A stretch of DNA of 64,000 nucleotides from Candidatus Latescibacterota bacterium (lineage in GTDB: Bacteria; Latescibacterota; CBDEFO01): the NCBI GenBank assembly GCA_965237525.1, contig CBDEFO010000004.1:416001-480000 (forward strand). The letters are read 5' to 3'. Shown piece by piece: positions 60,845 through 64,000 of the stretch (within the stretch, counting starts at the first letter, position 1; every line of letters starts with the position of its first letter). Both the position numbers and the translations under genes were made by a program. The notes beneath the pieces were generated by a model that was given only the letters and a program-made list of their open reading frames with translations, had not been told where the DNA came from and made no database searches.

Positions 60845-61589
60845 ACCGACCAAGAGAGGCACTCTTGTCAACGAATCTAATGGAGCTGTAAAGAGACGTA
60901 AGGATATAACCAAGCAGGTTCATCGGTATATAGGAGCCTCAAGCGCTGTCTTCATATTCCTGGTTTCTGTAAGCGGGTTACTTTTGCACTATCCTGGACT
61001 CTTGGGAGGAGCAGCCGAGAAGACTCTTTCGATAGCTGTGGACCCTGAAGATCACACAAGGTTGTTCAAAGGTACTAACATGGGATTGTACCTGTCCCAG
61101 GACAGCGGCGAAAGCTGGAATGAAGTTCCCATGCTGCTTCCGGCTGAAAACGTAGTGGACGTAACCTTTGCACCGGATGAGACAAATACAGTCTACGTGG
61201 CTATGAAAGATTTCGGAGTGATACGGTCGTATGACGGCGGGAGCATATGGGAGCATCTAAATCTGCCCTTTGTACCGGCTGCAGAAGGAATTGAGATTAG
61301 AAGTCTGGCTTTAGGCCCCCAAGGAACGATTTGGTTGAATACATCTCAGGGCGCTCTGTCGAGTTCAAATGGAGGCCAAATCTGGCGATGGTTGGAAAAG
61401 GAGGATGAATCAAATGGGCTCTGGGATGTGGTACATTCGATTCATACGGGATATTTCTTCGGAGAATGGTTTACCTATGTCTACGATGTTACTGCCCTCG
61501 GGTTAGTCCTGCTTATAGCCACCGGTATTTACATCTGGCGAACAACCAACGGAAGGAATTCGAGGGGAAACAGAAAACCTACTCCTTGA
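60822..61589 (+). CDS. PepSY-associated TM protein with inserted BNR/Asp-box repeats
   Basis: HRYIG...SGLLLH; SQDSGESW, SYDGGSIW, SSNGGQIW; IHTG.FFG...TGIYIW. Confidence 0.8.
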   Translation: MAQVRIDKPTKRGTLVNESNGAVKRRKDITKQVHRYIGASSAVFIFLVSVSGLLLHYPGLLGGAAEKTLSIAVDPEDHTRLFKGTNMGLYLSQDSGESWNEVPMLLPAENVVDVTFAPDETNTVYVAMKDFGVIRSYDGGSIWEHLNLPFVPAAEGIEIRSLALGPQGTIWLNTSQGALSSSNGGQIWRWLEKEDESNGLWDVVHSIHTGYFFGEWFTYVYDVTALGLVLLIATGIYIWRTTNGRNSRGNRKPTP

Positions 61590-61788
61590 TAGAATTGAGA
61601 CATATTCTGTCCTTGCACCCGTTCGTTTCGCTTGACATATAGCTGCGGATGTGATATTTCAACTCACGCACCAGGAGGCTCAGGAAGGGGTCGCAAAGTC
61701 CGTCGAATATCTGAGAAGCTTAGGGTTGCGTCTTGTAGCAACACGACCGGGCGACAGCTATGTTTCAGCTCAATAGACGACTGTAAAG

Positions 61789-62355
61789 CTATCCTGTCCT
61801 GCCGAAGTTATCCAGAAAGATCACAAAGTCCGACAGACCGATCTCTCCATTGCCGTCTAAATCAAATGTGGGATTCCAATCGGCTGAACTTGTCGGTGCC
61901 CCGAATACATCCAGAAAAAAGACAAAATCGGAGAGGCCCACTTCGTTATCACCGTCGAAATCTCCTGTGAGATCAAGAACTAAAATATGGTCAGAAAGAT
62001 TTAACAACACTGAAACACCACTATTACTGGTCACAGCTAAGTCATCATCTCCATCTAAATCCGCACTGAATACTGACCAGGGACTATGCCCAACGTAATA
62101 ATCCACCTTATCTGCAAATGTCCCATCCCCATTATTCAAAAACAATGATACAGTATCGCTGCCACTATTAGCCACAGCCAGGTCATTAGCACCATCTCCA
62201 TCTAAATCCGCACTGAATATTGATCTAGGACTATCCCCAACGGTATAGTCAGCCTTGAGTCCGAAAAGTTCCTGTGCATAGGCAGGCGCGTTCAAAGCGA
62301 CGAACAGCACCAGGACAGCCTGTTTGATCTTTTGGTCTATCTCAATAAGTGCCAT
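61789..62355 (-). CDS. Secreted FG-GAP repeat protein with EF-hand/dockerin-like C-terminus
   Basis: ADLDGDG..DLAV x2; GDFDGDNEVGLSDF and DLDGNGEIGLSDF. Confidence 0.8.
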   Translation of the reverse strand: MALIEIDQKIKQAVLVLFVALNAPAYAQELFGLKADYTVGDSPRSIFSADLDGDGANDLAVANSGSDTVSLFLNNGDGTFADKVDYYVGHSPWSVFSADLDGDDDLAVTSNSGVSVLLNLSDHILVLDLTGDFDGDNEVGLSDFVFFLDVFGAPTSSADWNPTFDLDGNGEIGLSDFVIFLDNFGRTG

Positions 62356-62370
62356 AATATGGTTACGTCC

Positions 62371-62798
62371 TTAATTGGATCTGCCTCTTGAAAGATAATC
62401 TTCCAGCCTTTTCATTACAGCTTCCTTAACGAGTTGCGATTCCTTGCAAGCCCTTTCTGCCGTGTTATGATCCACTACAGGTATTCCCCTGGATCGCGAA
62501 ACTCTACGCCATAGGGAGTTAACCGCACACAACAGGAGATTTCATGACGAAGAGAAGAGTCCACAGAATCAGTGAGGGTTAAGAGTTCATCTAAATCGCG
62601 TGTTTTTCTAAACTCAACCTGGTGGTGGACGAGATACGCCTTCAGGAACTTCTCCGCCGCCTGTTGAGAATGAAAGGCACAGGGAAAATAGTCACCTACC
62701 TCTGAATCCAGAAGAATCTTGGCAGTTTTAAGGTCTGACTCAGCCTTTTGGAGCCACTGTTGCACAAAATCCCAGATTACCTGCTCACGATTTCTCAT
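62371..62798 (-). pseudogene. HEPN domain protein, frameshifted near 62480
   Basis: WLQKAESDL, FHSQQAAEKFLKAYL; KTRDL and RDPG in place of the usual KTHDL and RYP; -1 frameshift. Confidence 0.8.
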
Positions 62799-63174
62799 AA
62801 ATCGCTTCTCCATACTTTGTAGCGGGATATGTTATACCTCCTATGATGTCCTTGGTCTCAGCGAACTCTTCACCACTCACGGAAATGAGCTGAATAGGAA
62901 AGGAAAAATGCCTTAACAGTTTCCTTCGCATCTTGTAGATCTCCTCCGCGCTTAAGCGTGTTTCAGTAATAATTAAAATATCAAGGTCGCTCTCATTAGT
63001 CGGTTCCCCATAAGCGTAAGAGCCAAAGAGGAAGACCTTCTCAGGTTTATATTCCTTTACTATTCTGTCCACGATCTCAATGATTATCTTTCTAACCCTT
63101 GTATTTATCTGCTTCCCAGGCCAGTAAAGCCCCTTTTGGTTGACCTCGTTTGCCACTCTGTTACTCTTATCCAT
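62785..63174 (-). CDS. Minimal nucleotidyltransferase (MNT)
   Basis: LFGSYAYGEP..ESDLDILI; paired with HEPN. Confidence 0.88.
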   Translation of the reverse strand: MDKSNRVANEVNQKGLYWPGKQINTRVRKIIIEIVDRIVKEYKPEKVFLFGSYAYGEPTNESDLDILIITETRLSAEEIYKMRRKLLRHFSFPIQLISVSGEEFAETKDIIGGITYPATKYGEAIYEKS

Positions 63175-63478
63175 GTTTCTCTCCTGTCTCTTGATTCTCT
63201 GACATCCTCTCCTCCAGCCATCTGTCACCTAGAAAGTCCTCTAAACTCTTGAACTTGAGGGACTTCTTTCTCATCTCCTCCAACATCTCCGGGTCTTCCA
63301 CATTTTCTATCCGCTCTAACATCTCCTTGTCGTCACGAAAGTGGGGACGGGTATTTATCAATATCCAGGATTACTGCTGCAGGCTTACGGTCCCGCAGAA
63401 CAATTTCGGGAGCCTTTCTTTTAGCTTTGCGTCTCATATCTTCACCTCCAATGTCCGCTTTTTCGGTCTATTTGCTGC

Positions 63479-63660
63479 TCATCTGTATACAGAGTTAATC
63501 TCATCTTCCGTCACAGCACCTTCCCTGAGAATTTGGACCTTCCCTTCCAAAAAGGCGATCACTGTGGAGGGCTTTGATCCTGGACCGATTCCTCCATCCA
63601 CTATAAGATCTATTTTGTCTTCAAATTGAGCGGCGACGTGCAAGGCAGATCTGGATGCAG
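63479..63660 (-). pseudogene. C-terminal fragment of Sua5/YrdC (TsaC)
   Basis: DLIVDGG....PSTV......ILREGAV; no N-terminus. Confidence 0.75.
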
Positions 63661-63662
63661 GG

Positions 63663-63702
63663 CAGCCTATTTGATCTTTTGGTCTAACTCAATAAGTGCC
63701 AT
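63663..63702 (-). repeat. 40-bp copy of the 5' end of the FG-GAP gene
   Basis: 38/40 identical to 62316-62355; begins at ATG; CAG>TAG. Confidence 0.88.
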
Positions 63703-63802
63703 TTTCTAACGATATACCTCACTACGATGCGTGACTCTCATTTCCAACTCTGCATTACATATTACTCCTACTTTGCCCCGTCTTAGTTCCCGCTTTACCC
63801 CT

Positions 63803-63833
63803 GTCTGTCATTCCCGTTTTCGCGGGAATCCAG
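63803..63833. repeat. CGTC-type REP palindrome next to the GIY-YIG gene
   Basis: gtctgtcattcccgttttcgcgggaatccag. Confidence 0.85.
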
Positions 63834-63835
63834 AA

Positions 63836-64000
63836 TCATACCAACTCATCGTATAAATCCTTCCAGTCTGGATTTGCGTTTTCTATCAACTCAAGTTTCC
63901 ATCTCCTGTTCCATTTCTTCACTCGTTTTTCTCTCTGTATCGCATATTCAATATCGTCGAATTGCTCGTAGTAAACCAATCTATGCACGTTGTAATTGCT
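63836..64000 (-). CDS. GIY-YIG nuclease family protein (3' part)
   Basis: YNVHRLVYYEQF..IEYAIQREKRVKKWNR.WKLELIE..NPDWKDL. Confidence 0.88.
   Translation of the reverse strand, partial: SNYNVHRLVYYEQFDDIEYAIQREKRVKKWNRRWKLELIENANPDWKDLYDELV

Noticed and set aside
61630..61790. Possible c-di-GMP riboswitch (GCAAAG motif)
   Set aside because: Other conserved elements are missing and it lies between convergent genes

Overview
Bacterial chromosomal segment from a diderm, probably FCB-group lineage such as Latescibacterota or KSB1. This is inferred from PorU/PorV, FlgD-Ig-like C-terminal sorting domains and an FG-GAP/EF-hand protein. Core blocks: a microcompartment (BMC) locus with eutN/ccmL genes and a class II aldolase; CIRCE-hrcA-grpE-dnaJ-prmA-rsmE-HIT with no dnaK; a T9SS-like porU-porV-peptidase cluster; ndk-yceD-rpmF-plsX-fabH/D/G-acpP-fabF-rnc; oppA/oppB; alr; and an iron/metal locus (DtxR x2, Rrf2-ferritin-like fusion, FTR1 remnant, porin, FMN-binding protein, PepSY-TM). 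Unusual structure: (1) three integrase-less mini-insertions where cargo sits between a truncated 5' copy of a gene and its intact copy; (2) a solitary integron-type GNAT cassette with an attC site between rpmF and plsX; (3) four otherwise open genes each broken by one in-frame TAG, three of them consecutive; (4) a 23-bp palindrome sitting in the loops of other repeats and of itself; (5) a His/Asp 17-aa hierarchical repeat lipoprotein; (6) altered catalytic motifs in PorU, an M6-like peptidase, an alpha/beta hydrolase and HicA; (7) an apparently circularly permuted DUF3179 protein. No tRNA, rRNA, CRISPR array, integrase or transposase was recognised. All family calls come from motif recognition by eye, not from database searches.
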